A stretch of 63,979 bases of DNA, the filler included, from Lenisia limosa (lineage: Eukaryota > Protista > Breviatea), in assembly GCA_001655205.1 (NCBI GenBank). It is 5 parts of 5 records of this genome, joined end to end, with 100 filler letters (N's around TTAATTAATTAA, not from the genome) between each part and the next. Parts side by side here need not be neighbours in the genome. Positions count along the whole stretch, not along the records: positions 1 to 29,109 come from LPNZ01011337.1; 4 more parts are not named here. One strand, given 5' to 3'. The notes below the pieces were generated by a model. It was not told where the DNA came from. It worked only from the letters and a program-made list of their open reading frames with translations, and ran no database searches. This document shows, piece by piece, positions 1-11,839 of the stretch (positions are counted from its first letter, which is position 1; each line of letters starts with the position of its first letter). A program made the translations under genes and the position numbers.

Positions 1-202
1 ATGCTGCAGGTCGCGGGACAGTCTTCAAGTTCCGACGGGTGTTGCTGGCGGCGGCTCTACTGTTTCGCTGGCTCTCACTAGCCAGGTCGGCGTGGTGTCA
101 GATATGGTTGAAATCATGTACAAATGTGTTCAGATGTATCACCCAGAATAGACTATTCTATTTGCCACTGTATGGATGTGTTTCACCATGACAAATTTAC
201 CT

Positions 203-1500
203 TTCAGGGGTCAGCTATATGGAGCCAGAGATCTGCGACAACTGCAACGGTGGGTTTATTCTCTCCTACCATTCCAATATTCCTGAAATAAGGATCGTGG
301 AGGTCTTTGGAATTCAACGCTGACATTACAGACACGCGGCATGCCTGGCAACACCGCTACCATGGGAGACATGGCGAGTGCACAGGACATTTCAGCCATG
401 TCCGTGTCAATGGTGTTCCACAACGACCCCGATCCTACGGACAATGGAGGGTATGTTGGTAGAAATTGACGGAATATGCCACAATTGGAGTAACCCCCCC
501 CCCTTTTTTTTTCCTATTCAAAAGCAAACCGAATTTCGGAGTACGATTTCATGATGATTGCATACCCCCCCTTCACCCAACAGGGGTTCCCATTTGGACG
601 TGGACCGGTTCCTCCGCGTTCGACGGCAGAGGAGCTCTTTCCTTGNNNNNNNNNNNNNNNNNNNNNNNNNNNNNNNNNNNNNNNNNNNNNNNNNNNNNNN
701 NNNNNNNNNNNNNNNNNNNNNNNNNNNNNNNNNNNNNNNNNNNNNNNNNNNNNNNNNNNNTATCAGTAAATTTGGGCAACACCTCGGTTCGAAAAAAGAC
801 TGACTTTCTCGATAAATCCTCGAAAACTATCGATTTTACTGGGTTTTTTTCGAACCGAAGTGAATCCCTAGTAACTATGTTCAGTCAAACCCCGATTCCG
901 GCACGCGATCGGTGTCCTCCATTGGGGCTGACCGATACCCTCTCAGAGTGGTAGGCTGAATACATATCCAAGCTTTTTGCTATATTATCAAGGGGGGGGG
1001 GGGGNNNNNNNNNNNNNNNNNNNNNNNNNNNNNNNNNNNNNNNNNNNNNNNNNNNNNNNNNNNNNNNNNNNNNNNNNNNNNNNNNNNNNNNNNNNNNNNN
1101 NNNNNNNNNNNNNNNNNNNNNNNNNNNNNNNNNNNNNNTCCATCTTCGTTCCCGCCTTGCAGGTGCAAATGGGACTGTGCTCTTGTTAGAGTACTTTGTT
1201 CGGATAGTCTTTTTTTTTATTTTAAACTCCCATTACCAAAAAGGTGAACCGAAGAAATTCAGCTTCTGGCGAGCCTTCTCCACCACGTACCTCAAGGTAA
1301 GCTAGTTACACACTACTCTTCTTTGATCTCCTTAAAGATTCCCCTTTTCCATGACATTCACATTGCAGCTCACGACGGAACAATAAAGTTGGCCCTGCCC
1401 CAATACCCAGTTTAGTCTCCGAGCCAGCGGGTTCATCCAAGTCTCTCAAACCAGCTATTGTGGAGGTCAGTACATAAGAAGTCTTGTAGATTCGTAGCTT
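203..1500 (-). CDS. Unidentified multi-exon gene (boundaries approximate, interrupted by N gaps)
   Basis: Open blocks bounded by AG/GT, e.g. GKLRIYKTSYVLTSTIAGLRDLDEPAG..., SYLEVRGGEGSPEAEFLRFTFL, GSGSLWNTIDTDMAEMSCALAMSPMVAVLPGMPRVCNVSVEFQRPP. No family recognised. Confidence 0.35.
772..870. mobile_element. ~100-bp MITE family A, copy 1
   Basis: Imperfect TIR GGGCTTCACTTCGGTTCGAAAAA...TTTTTCGAACCGAAGTGAA(T/G)CCCTA. Confidence 0.8.
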
Positions 1501-1712
1501 TCCTCTCACATTCCAGGCTCCTCCCCCAAAGAACTCTTGCTGTACAATTTTGTAGATTATTTATCAGGTTTTTTTTTTCTTCATTTTTTCATTTTTGTTA
1601 TTCCACTGTATGGTGTAGGTTTTGTACAAATAAACTTTTTTTATCGAACAACGGGCACATTAAATAACAAAATCTTGGCGAAGAACATCGCAACATGTTG
1701 GCCACACGCCTT

Positions 1713-4700
1713 TCATGACTCTCCCCGCGCAATTCGCGTTCGCTTTTCGTTTCGCCTCTGTTTTTCTAGCTCCTTTCGGTAGGCTTGTAGCTCCTCCCTA
1801 AATCATGAGCTCAATACTAAAACCTGAAAGAAGCAGGATGGAAGTAATATACTTCTTATTATTGAGTGGGGGGGGGGGGGCGGAAGCGACAAAANNNNNN
1901 NNNNNNNNNNNNNNNNNNNNNNNNNNNNNNNNNNNNNNNNTACAACTGGACTCGTTTTGATTGAGAGGAACGCGCCTACATTTTAGACCCCCTTGCTATG
2001 TCAATGGAGGGCTCAAGGAATTCGGCACTTTCCGACACGGAGCTTTCTAGCTCATCTTCAATCGCAGGATCTACGCCATTACAAGAGGGCGAAATTAATC
2101 ATCATAGTATTTACATCATTTCAAGTTATGCAGCGTTCCTCAATCTTGCCAAACAACCTTTGCAAAAGTACAAATTGATATTTCGTCATCTCAGCCACCA
2201 ACCTCCGGATTCTGGTACTCTGAACAACTGAGACACTGCCGCCTCCCACTGCGCAAATTGTGAATCCTGACCCGGCATGCTACTCAGTGAATAGTGGCAA
2301 CTGGGATGCGTTCAAAGACCCCTCATGAGTGCAATGGGTGAAAAACGCAAAGCCAAAAACAATCAGTAACTAACAGCTCTTACCCATAGATTGGGTCCTT
2401 TGCCCCCATGTTTTTCGTTTTGAGCGACCCGATACTTGAATATGAGTCGTTGCCTACAGCATCAGGGAATGTGAGGCAAAATGGGGAAAATAGTGATGAT
2501 ATTCGTGTGAGCTAATTATGAAGTATTAAAATTGCCCTCCGGGATTATTAAGAACTGTGAGGTGAAATACGCTGCAGAATGAGAATAACATTGAAGATGG
2601 TCCTCTACAATACACCAAGAACCAACCAGCGTGAATGATAATGGGGTAGGCGTGGTCGGTGTTTTCAGTTCGAGGCAGCGGAGTTTTGAATACCATCGAT
2701 TGTAGTGTTTGAAGGGCCTGCAAGGGATGAGCTTCTCAGACTATGATAGAAGGTATCTTGACTGAGATCGTATTCACCAAACCAGGTACTAGAAACGAGA
2801 AATAAAAGAGGCAGTTTAAACAGCAAAATATTCGATTTTATAGAGGTTGTTAAGGTGAGATTCTTCCAACTCAGCACACCCCACTATACCACAGGAAGAG
2901 AAGGGGTTCCAGTAACTGCTTCGGAAGTGGAAAAGCAGAGTCCGGCACCGGAGGTGTGTGCGATATACCGCAAGGCCCGAGATAGCATCTTTCGCCTCTC
3001 TCTACGCAATGAAACTCCATCAAGATACCAATCTGTTGACAAAAACCTTCAAATCAAGCCAATAGAAATCTCAGACGATCTAAGAACTTGTATTTTTGGG
3101 CTAGGAATTTGACCCCCCCCCCCNNNNNNNNNNNNNNNNNNNNNNNNNNNNNNNNNNNNNNNNNNNNNNNNNNNNNNNNNNNNNNNNNNNNNNNNNNNNN
3201 NNNNNNNNNNNNNNNNNNNGTGACACACAGCCAGCTCACGAATCAAACTGAACAAATGCATCGTACTTGGTACCCAAAATGAGGATTGGTAGCCCTACAA
3301 CAGGCAAGTTCCTACAAATTAGATGGACAGTGCATGAACGCCTTACTTATCAGGGCAATTGGCACGGTCGTATTTTGCTCGTTCTCTGTTCTCCAATTTG
3401 GCCTGAAGGCTCTGAACTTTCGATCTGAAACATGAGTGGAGAGAAAGAGCTGAAATGGGAAGTTTCAGTTACACCATACAACCCGATCACTCTTTTGCCA
3501 GGGCAGTGACGTGGCCTCTGAGCGCATCCACCGCTTTTCGAACGTCGCTACAAACTGCCCAGGGCTATATTGTTTAGTGTGGGGATGATAAGGCAAAATT
3601 GTTTTGATGATAGAGCTATATTGTTTAGTGTGAGGATGAGGAATAGGGCTGTATTGTTTAGTGTGAGGATGAGGAATAGGGATGTATTATTTAGTGTGAG
3701 GATGAGGAATAGGGCTGTATTGTTTAGTATTGGGTATTATATCACCATATTGTGTGGAAAGAAGAGTTGAAGAGTTTAAACCTGACCAAAGCAGCTCAAA
3801 TTAAAGTAATACAGGATATGATATTTAATTTATAAGAATAACTAGTAAAAAACATTAGTTCACCATTTATTTACCGAACAACTCCATACATACTTCTACC
3901 TGCATCCCCAGTCCGGGGTTTTGTCAACATAGTGCCCCCTTGTAACCCACCCTTGAAAGGTCAGCAGTGATCACCACGACAGTGTTTCGCACTGTTTCCG
4001 CTGTGATACAGGACTCAAGTAACGAAATCAGTTGCAAGCCTCCACCTGAAGGGAGGGAGTTAAAACCGTGTACATTGACAATATTTGTCAATGACCATTG
4101 AATAATGATGTGGATGTATTAATTTCTCCACATTGCTGCATGTTCTGTTTATTTAATTCCTAGATGTGCTGTATTTGATACCTCTTCTCACCTATTTCCC
4201 AGATATGGGACACATCCTTCCCAAAACGAGTCTTCGCCACCTGTTCAATTAGAAACCAAACCTTCAAGAGGCTAAGGATTAATTCAAATACCCAGTTATG
4301 TCCTAAAATGAACAAAGATTATCTTATTTTTGAACGTCAAATTTCTTAACAAGCAGTCATTTATTTCTTGGTTTTTGAGCACGTTAAATAGAGGCCCACC
4401 TGTCTGCCGTATGCATAGTCAAGAGCTGGGGTGGGCTTGGGGGTATCTAAAGCAAATGAACCTTGGAGGCTTCCTTGATATCAGGGTTATATTATACTAG
4501 AATGAGAATGGCGACCAAGAAAAGACCCAAATACCGTTCTTTCTGAGAAACTTATTCACGAAAGTCGACTTTCCAGCACCTTTCGACCCAATGAACACCG
4601 CTGAAGACTCTTTGGTCTCATATTTGGCAGCTAAAGAGTGATTGGCAGGCAACCTAGGCCATACATTCCGATCCAGACTTGGCCTCAACCACTGCTCTTG

Positions 4701-4737
4701 CAAGCAAGTCTTTTGGATGGGCTGCTGGCGATGCCAT
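1713..4737 (-). CDS. DYNC2LI1: Cytoplasmic dynein-2 light intermediate chain (IFT dynein subunit)
   Basis: Spliced exons give MASPAAHPKDLLARAVVEAK...ESSAVFIGSKGAGKSTFVNKFLRKNDTPKPTPALDYAYGRQ...KDVSHIWEIGGG...VVITADLS...LPILILGTKYDAF...RRKMLSRALRYIAHTSGAGL...GNDSYSSIG...EELQAYRKE. The motifs are collinear with dynein-2 LIC. ATG at 4737, TGA at 1713-1715. Confidence 0.93.
3615..3728. repeat. 33-bp tandem minisatellite (about 3.5 copies) in a DYNC2LI1 intron
   Basis: Unit gct(a/g)tattgtttagtgtgaggatgaggaatagg, with a partial copy near 3564. Confidence 0.9.
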
Positions 4738-5109
4738 CTGTCGTGTCGTATTGTTAATATCTGGTTATCTGGTTCTTATGTATGCCTGCTACTGCAAAAA
4801 AGCCAATAAAAAAAAATCAAAAATCTGCAGAATCCGTTTTTTGAAAATAATATTTTTGTCACAGTCACCCAGTTCCTTAAAAGATCATCTTGGACTTGGA
4901 GGTCAGCGATTCTAAACTTCCAGTAAACTTCTTACATTTCCAACTCATTTCAACCTACATCTCTTAGAAATCCCCAGTTTTGGACAATAATACCTCTATT
5001 GAAAGAAGGAGAAACATTGATACAAAACATGAAACCAGACTCAAAAAATAAAACAACAAAACTGCAATAATCGGATTAATAGAACTCTAAGGGTACAAAC
5101 CCCCGTTAT

Positions 5110-5470
5110 CGTTTCATGACGGGCACTGCCCGCGATATAGACGCTCCTGGAGGCGGGCTGGGGGGTTAGCCAAATATGGTAAGCACAACTATTCGTATCC
5201 TTACAGTTAAAATGCTCACTATCACGATGTCTTGTGATTCAAAGGTAATAAATAATCACTAAACAGGCCAGTGGGGGCATACCGAGACGTTGTTGACGTT
5301 GTAGCGCCAGGCTTCGGCCTGGTACTCGAGGTCGTTGTTCGGGCACTGTGGGGTGAGGGGGGGGGGGGCAAAGCTTCAATGCTTCTTACAATGTTTATCA
5401 ACCTGATAAATGGGGCAGTAGTACTACTCTGAAACAAGAACCTTGCAAGGAAACATACCCAGGGATTCAT
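5110..5470 (-). CDS. Possible very small spliced gene (about 60 aa)
   Basis: GC-rich exon-like block CPNNDLEYQAEAWRYNVNNVS (about 5283-5345) flanked by a poly-C...cag acceptor and a gtatg donor. The flanking exons are uncertain. Confidence 0.25.
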
Positions 5471-5587
5471 TATGGAAGCAAACAGGGAAATATAGTATTC
5501 TTAAGAATATTTTGAAACACCTGGTATTCTTATTAATATTGAGACACCCAGTGTTGTCCCAACGCAATATATTCAGTACGGCGGCGC

Positions 5588-8500
5588 TCACCGTCCACTC
5601 GGTGAGGCGCTGGAGGCCCGCGAAGACGGTATTGGCCTACTGGCTGTTCGTGTGGGCGGCGGCGTGGATTTCGTAGTCTGTTTAAGGGTCAAGGGGGCTC
5701 CAGTTTTTGCTCAATTTCATTATGGAGTAAATAAATATCCTTTCCCATTATCATAGTGAACAATATCAGATCAACACAAAAACATATCAATATGGAAGGC
5801 CCCCCACTCCCGACCTTAGAGTTAATGGAGGGAAGGCGGCCAGTGGATGACGAAGAGGTCATGCCAGAAGTACCCCGTTTGGCAGTGGTCGTGGATGCTA
5901 TGCGTGAACCTGAACAGTTTCAACAAAGATAAATGCCTTGTAAGATACCATCAGCAAAGACAAATGCTTATGTAAGATGCTATCAACAATAATCATTACA
6001 AAGCATGACGTAGACTTTGACAAGACCATACCTGGGGGTCTTGAAGTAGGTGCCGAAGCGGATGGCCGTGAGGGTTGCGAGGCTGTTCCTCCTCGAGATA
6101 CGGCTGGACCATGAGGGGGCAAAATATAACCAATGCGAAACTCTCTGGGTGATGTATGATTTCAATAAAAGTCTCAAAAAGATCTGTGATATTATCATTT
6201 GTTGATAACTAAACCTTAAAATCACAACAGCACTGGTTCAGAGAGAGCAGACTCCTCACCTTTACCACCCCGCATGGAAGCAGCACTTCGGGTCTGGCCA
6301 GGCCGGGCTTTGGCTCCTGCAGCTTTACCCCGACTGTTGCTTGCTGACTCCGTGTCATCCTTCAACATTTGTTCCTGGACAATGACATAGTAGCCAATAT
6401 CTTGCTCGCGAAAACCTGCACCCGACAAAGATCGATCAATAAATGCTAAAAAAAAACCGATATTGCCCCTCTCTTTGGGCCAGATTTACTCACCTCTTCA
6501 TGCTGCTTCTTCAGGTCAATGGCGTCATCTTCGAACACGGCGCCGCGGGAGCTGTCCGTCACTGGCTCAATGGACCGTAGGACCGGGATAATTCTGATGA
6601 CTGTGGCTTCAACATCTCGGTCGTCATCCTAAGGCCTATGAGGGCACTATCTCATATGCACTTCAATGAGTCAAGCCTCAAAATTCGATGCGACACAATA
6701 ACCGCAAACCGCTTGAAGAATTAGGGCAACCTCATTAATGCGTTGCAGAAGGAACAGGTCAGCCGGGAGGGTTACAACCTGAAATGGTGAGTACATGGGT
6801 AAATTATAACTTTGACTTTCTCTACCCCCCTCTGACCTGTTTAGCCCAGGGCAGGGCAGAGACTGCCTGTCGTCGGATATTGGCGACGGGGTCCTAATAA
6901 AGGTCAAAATAGCATGAGGTGATTTTGGATCTTGTTGCAAATATTACATCAAAGTGATTTGAAGCAGCCCCTCTCACTCTGGAAAGCGAAAGGAGGGTGT
7001 CAACAAAGGCGGTCTTGAACCATCGGCGACTGTGAAATGATAACTGTCCGTGTTCGGCAAAAGAGTAATGCAATCTGTTGCAAACTATGCAGCAGAATTT
7101 CGCACCAAACCTGAAAGGAGCAAGGAAAGACTGTGCGGCTGGGAAAAAGAGGGATCGGCGTGAGGANNNNNNNNNNNNNNNNNNNNNNNNNNNNNNNNNN
7201 NNNNNNNNNNNNNNNNNNNNNNNNNNNNNNNNNNNNNNNNNNNNNNNNNNNNNNNNNNNNNNNNNNNNNNNNNNNNNNNNNNNNNNNNNCACTGATAGAT
7301 TGCAAGTTGGGGTACCATCTATCTACCAAAGCAAAAGACGCCCCTCCAACAAGAGCGAATTCTGAAAGCAGCTTGTTCGTGGCCTCGTCCCTATGTGACT
7401 GCTTGCGCAACCTTCGCACAACTGGGCCATACACCGCCGCTGTGGCAAGTTGCACCACTCGCACGGGCTAAAAACTTAATCCTCTCGGGTACCGGGTAGC
7501 CCGGAGGCTCTAACTCAAAGGCTGGAGTTTTTCATAAATTTACATATAATTACTAATATATTTCCCCAATCCATTTGAACACAAAAAAAACCTTGGTTAT
7601 TTTGAGAAATCAGATACACAAATGCCCAACAATAAAGGTATACCAATAACAGTTGCCTACATTATTCAGCCCCTTCAGGGCAGTTTGGTAGAGCATGTTG
7701 TAGGCAGAGTCAGTAGGAAGAACCACTGGGAGAAAAGAGAACGTTTTGATTACCTGAGAAATGATGAATAAGAGTGCCAGCAACAGATTGTGACGATTTG
7801 AGACAAGTGATGCTATTGGGCAAGAAAAAACACAGACAACGTACCTGCTCCTCAACTCGCCAAGAGTGGTTGGAGTTGTAAGCCTGAGCTAATGCACTCA
7901 CAAGATCCTCCTAGAAAGTAAACAAGGAATGAAAGTGCGAGCACTGACCTTCATGGAGGTGGTGACGGAAGCATAGGGCTTGAAAAGGACGTCAGGATGA
8001 GAGAGGACTTTGGAGAGAACGAGAGGGGATGGGTCGTGGAGGAGTGACTGGGGAGTGAGGTTCTTGCAGTGGTTGGTTGCATTCACCGTCCGAAACACTT
8101 ACGGCTTCACTTCGGTTCGAAAAATACTAGTAAAATATCGATACTTTCCGGAGTTATCGAGAAATTCCGTCTTTTTTCGAACCGAAGTGAAGCCCTAGAT
8201 ATACTAATATCCACTTGAAAAGGGAATCATATACATTATTCACATTGATGATTTCAAGGTCATAGGTTGCCTACCATTGTAACGGGATGAAGGCTTGTTG
8301 TTGATTTTGCATCGCCCCCAACTAAGCGGCTGACCTGAACGATAACTGGCTCCAAAAACCATCATGAACTGTTTCCCCCATCGTGTTTCAACTTTAAAAA
8401 TATATCTATCATATCCACAAAACAATAACAACCAACCTCATGCAGGCCGGCGGCTATCGATACTCTGATCTCCTCTACAGCGTCACCTGCAAGATGGATG

Positions 8501-11270
8501 AGCTGGGGGAGCAGGCGCGTGTTGAATGCGGCGGTTTGGGCCTCAACCATGGCCTAAAACGTCAAAAGGCTGGGATATGCAGCTGCTTTTAGAGCACTGA
8601 TAATATCGATACTGCACATGAACAAATGAGAGAAGACTTCATGGATTTAAGGAGGTTCAGTCCTTTTGATTTTGCCAAAAAATAAAAAATATATATAGAT
8701 ATATAAAAAGTATATTTTATAATTAAGTAATTAAGTAATTAAAATGACCCTTTGGGATATTTCCAGGGTAGTATTTCATATAAAACAGCTCAGACAAGAA
8801 TTTTTTTAAAAAAAACAAGGGGGGGTAAAAATGGCCTGGAATGTGACTATCCGAGGCTATGTGAGACCAAATTGAAACATATAGACAATATGGCAGTGTC
8901 GATTGTGCGTTATATACATTCCTCAAATAGTATGTTTAACCCAAAACCTCCAAAATCGGGAAATGGGCTGTTTAAAAAAAATAATACGAATTTGTTTCCA
9001 ATGGAAAACTACCCTGCGAAATTATCCCGAAGGGTCATGTAGATTACTTACGCAATTATTTCTTTTTTTGCAAAATTAAAAAAAGGACTGAATCTCCTTA
9101 GTTATCTGTTTACACCAACCCACGGGAAAGTTGAAGGCGGCCGCTTTTCTGAAGTCGGCGTTGGAGGATCGGGCGTGGGAAGTGTACAGGGTGGTAAAAA
9201 GGGATAGACTGTCGGCTGAAAGCGGGGTATCTCCTGGAAGGTCAGAAGAGAACTAAGTGTGAACACAAAAATATAATTCCCTCCACCACCACCCCTCCTA
9301 CGGGAGAAATGATGAAGAAGTTTGCCTAGGAGGTGGGCAATGGTGAGTTCCAACTCAGGCGGCGCGTTGGTGACCATCTGGAGGGCAATCGGCAACATTG
9401 ACGAAGTGCGGGCGGACGGCGGCACCAGAGGCACGAGGTCGGCAAAGGACTCTAGGGCCTGCGACCGGACCAACTGGTGGAATTGGAATAAGGTTGGAGG
9501 AAACAAAGTGCGAATCTTGTCGAAGCCATGCATAGCACTATGTTTAGAAAGAATATTCCTGGTAGTATTCATAATAATGACACACACTGTAAAACAGCTG
9601 TGTACACATATTTAGTGTAATTACTTTCTTCCCAAAAAAACTCACTCCTCACAAAAACTTCAAACTACAATAATGCGTCCTTCTTTCTCGGATCATATAG
9701 TAGGATTTATCAATGTGTACATTATAGCCGATATTAGACAAAATCAGGAGCATGACCTCATACCATTTCCTCGTCGTTCAGAAGCTCGAGAAGTTCAGGC
9801 ATGATATGGCCGGCCGCCTTGATAGGTCCCAGCCCCTGGCCTAGTTTCGGTAAAACTCCCGCCATGCACGCTCGGACTTCGAGTGCAACGTCCTAAGGAG
9901 TTAGTATAACTGTGGCTGTGCCATGTTTTGCATTCAAGATAATGTGATATAAAATATGTATCTAAACTGGTTAAATACTTTGCTCAAATAATAGCAAACC
10001 TGGCAAAGACTGAGAGCGGGTGGAAGGAATGCAGTGTCCGGAGATACGCGCTGCGATAATGCTGCCATGAGTCTATAGTGTCAACTCGAGAGCAAAGCAC
10101 TTTCGCTGTGCAAGCAATACTAGCGTTTGTTCTTTTATTTGAAGAAACTATTATGCGTATGTATCAATAAGTTATATAAGCTAGGCTATTCGGGGAATTA
10201 TAAAAGGAAATAACTATCAACCTCGGTATCAATTGAGCTGACAGCCTACCTCCCCGAAGTGACCCTCATTGCCATTGAACGCGACGCCACACTGCCGTCC
10301 GATACAAAAGGCACAACTTTGGACAGAAGAGTCTGAGTGGATCAAAAGAGCACCCGGGGGTGTAGGACTTAAACATAGCTTCAGACAAAAATGAATGCCA
10401 AGATCATCGTCTCACCTGTTTAGGGATGAAGCCAATCAGTGCTGTGCACGCCTCAAGCCACGATGACGCAACCTATTTGGTCAAGCATTTATCGTCTGTC
10501 ATGTGGCTGCAAGCCACACTATTCTGCTCTCATTTTCAAACCGATGGAAAAAAACTTCTGTACATATTGATAAACCAACCTGTAGTCCCTCATCCTCCGA
10601 AGGGGCCAAGAGAGCTGGAGGGAGAAGAAGACGGTCTAATACAGGAGGTAATAAGTATGTTGCCGCCTCCACGGGGCTCACTGCTTTGTTCTCTGTCACC
10701 TAAACTTATCACCAACTACCCATCGTGCCCACATTTAGGAATAAAATACAAAAAACGCCTTCTGTTCACATGCCCAACATACCTTTTGCACCGCATTTGC
10801 CATTGCAATTTCGATCTCAGATTCGCGCGGTTGGGGCGACTAATGGTTAGAGCAATCCGGACAAGAATACCAATCCAATCAACAGCAAGTTAACAGGTCC
10901 CTACAAAAGCAACGGGGGCGAGATGTTGCAACGCTGCTGAGGGATAGTCCGTGAAAATGCGGGTTAACTGAGTGGCGGCAGCCAGCTGTTGGACTTGTAG
11001 CGAGCTTTTAAAGAGGATAATAGCTCTAGAAACTTCATCTAGACCTTCATCAATAGTCAACTCCGCCAGTTCTTCTTCTGACTAGACGTGTAAGTCACGG
11101 ATATCCTAAAAACACCCACTAAATCACCTCATTTTATATCATAAGCCCTAGATTAGATTACCACTTACCTTGAGTTGCGATGACACTGCGTCAAGATCTT
11201 CCTTATCCTCTTCCTCATCCAAAGGTCCCAGCCCCCAGTCAAGGGCAAGTGATCTCGTAGATGACTTCAT
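5588..11270 (-). CDS. PPP4R4: Serine/threonine-protein phosphatase 4 regulatory subunit 4-like HEAT-repeat protein
   Basis: Exons KSEEELAELTIDEGLDEVSRAIILF, VASSWLEACTALIGFIPKQ, DVALEVRACMAGVLPKL...IMPELLELLNDEE, EEIRVSIAAGLHE, LRKQSHRDEATNKLLSEF, LPADLFLLQRINE and DDDRDVEATVIRII...DAIDLKKQHEE follow the PPP4R4 motif order. The tail is Ser/Thr/Pro-rich. ATG at 11270, TGA at 5588-5590. Confidence 0.88.
8100..8197. mobile_element. MITE family A, copy 2 (PPP4R4 intron)
   Basis: tacggcttcacttcggttcgaaaaa...tttttcgaaccgaagtgaagcccta, with TA at both ends. Confidence 0.88.
8648..9100. mobile_element. ~450-bp non-autonomous TIR element in a PPP4R4 intron
   Basis: Left end taaggaggttcagtccttttgattttgccaaaa; right end ttttgcaaaattaaaaaaaggactgaatctcctta is its near reverse complement. 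AT-rich interior. Confidence 0.75.
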
Positions 11271-11839
11271 AATTTAACTTAAGAAGTGAAAGGGTCCTTT
11301 CCCCTCTGAAATATAGATTCACCAAATTTCTCACTTCAATCTATCATTTGTTACTCCCTATAACATCGGTATATATAATATTAAAGGCAATTCAATGGCA
11401 GTTTATAACTGGGGAGGGCTACTAGACTGAATAATTAGTAACTGGCCCACAAAAGAAGAGATATTATTATGCTATAGATAGAAGGTATCCTCTGAGCTCG
11501 TATTTTCTCCTCAATTAGGGGAAGAAAGGGTGAAAGTGAAATGCAAAAAAGTTGTTAGATAAGTGCATTTTTTTCCTGGGGGTTTGTCTCATTTTGCCCC
11601 TATAAATGAAAGCAAGGACGTGTTGGCGTATTTGCCATTTATATTTATTTGTTGTGGCGTGTATGTGTCATGTTAGTTGACATTTAGAAAGGGCCAACTG
11701 GAAGTGAAAGCAGATTTTTTCGCATATCCGTATATTCACGATTGTACATTAATAGCTGAGCATTCCCCTTAGAATAGTATTAGAAATAGTTGAAATAGTA
11801 GAATGCTTTGGTAAAAGACCGGATCCATAGCTTCACAAC

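Noticed and set aside
3564-3728. CRISPR-like array
   Set aside because: The 33-bp units are contiguous with no unique spacers, they lie in a eukaryotic intron, and there are no cas genes.
2741-11510. Similarity between 2741-2775 and 11475-11505 (atagaaggtatc...tgag.tcgtatt)
   Set aside because: Too short and divergent to define an element without a genome-wide search.
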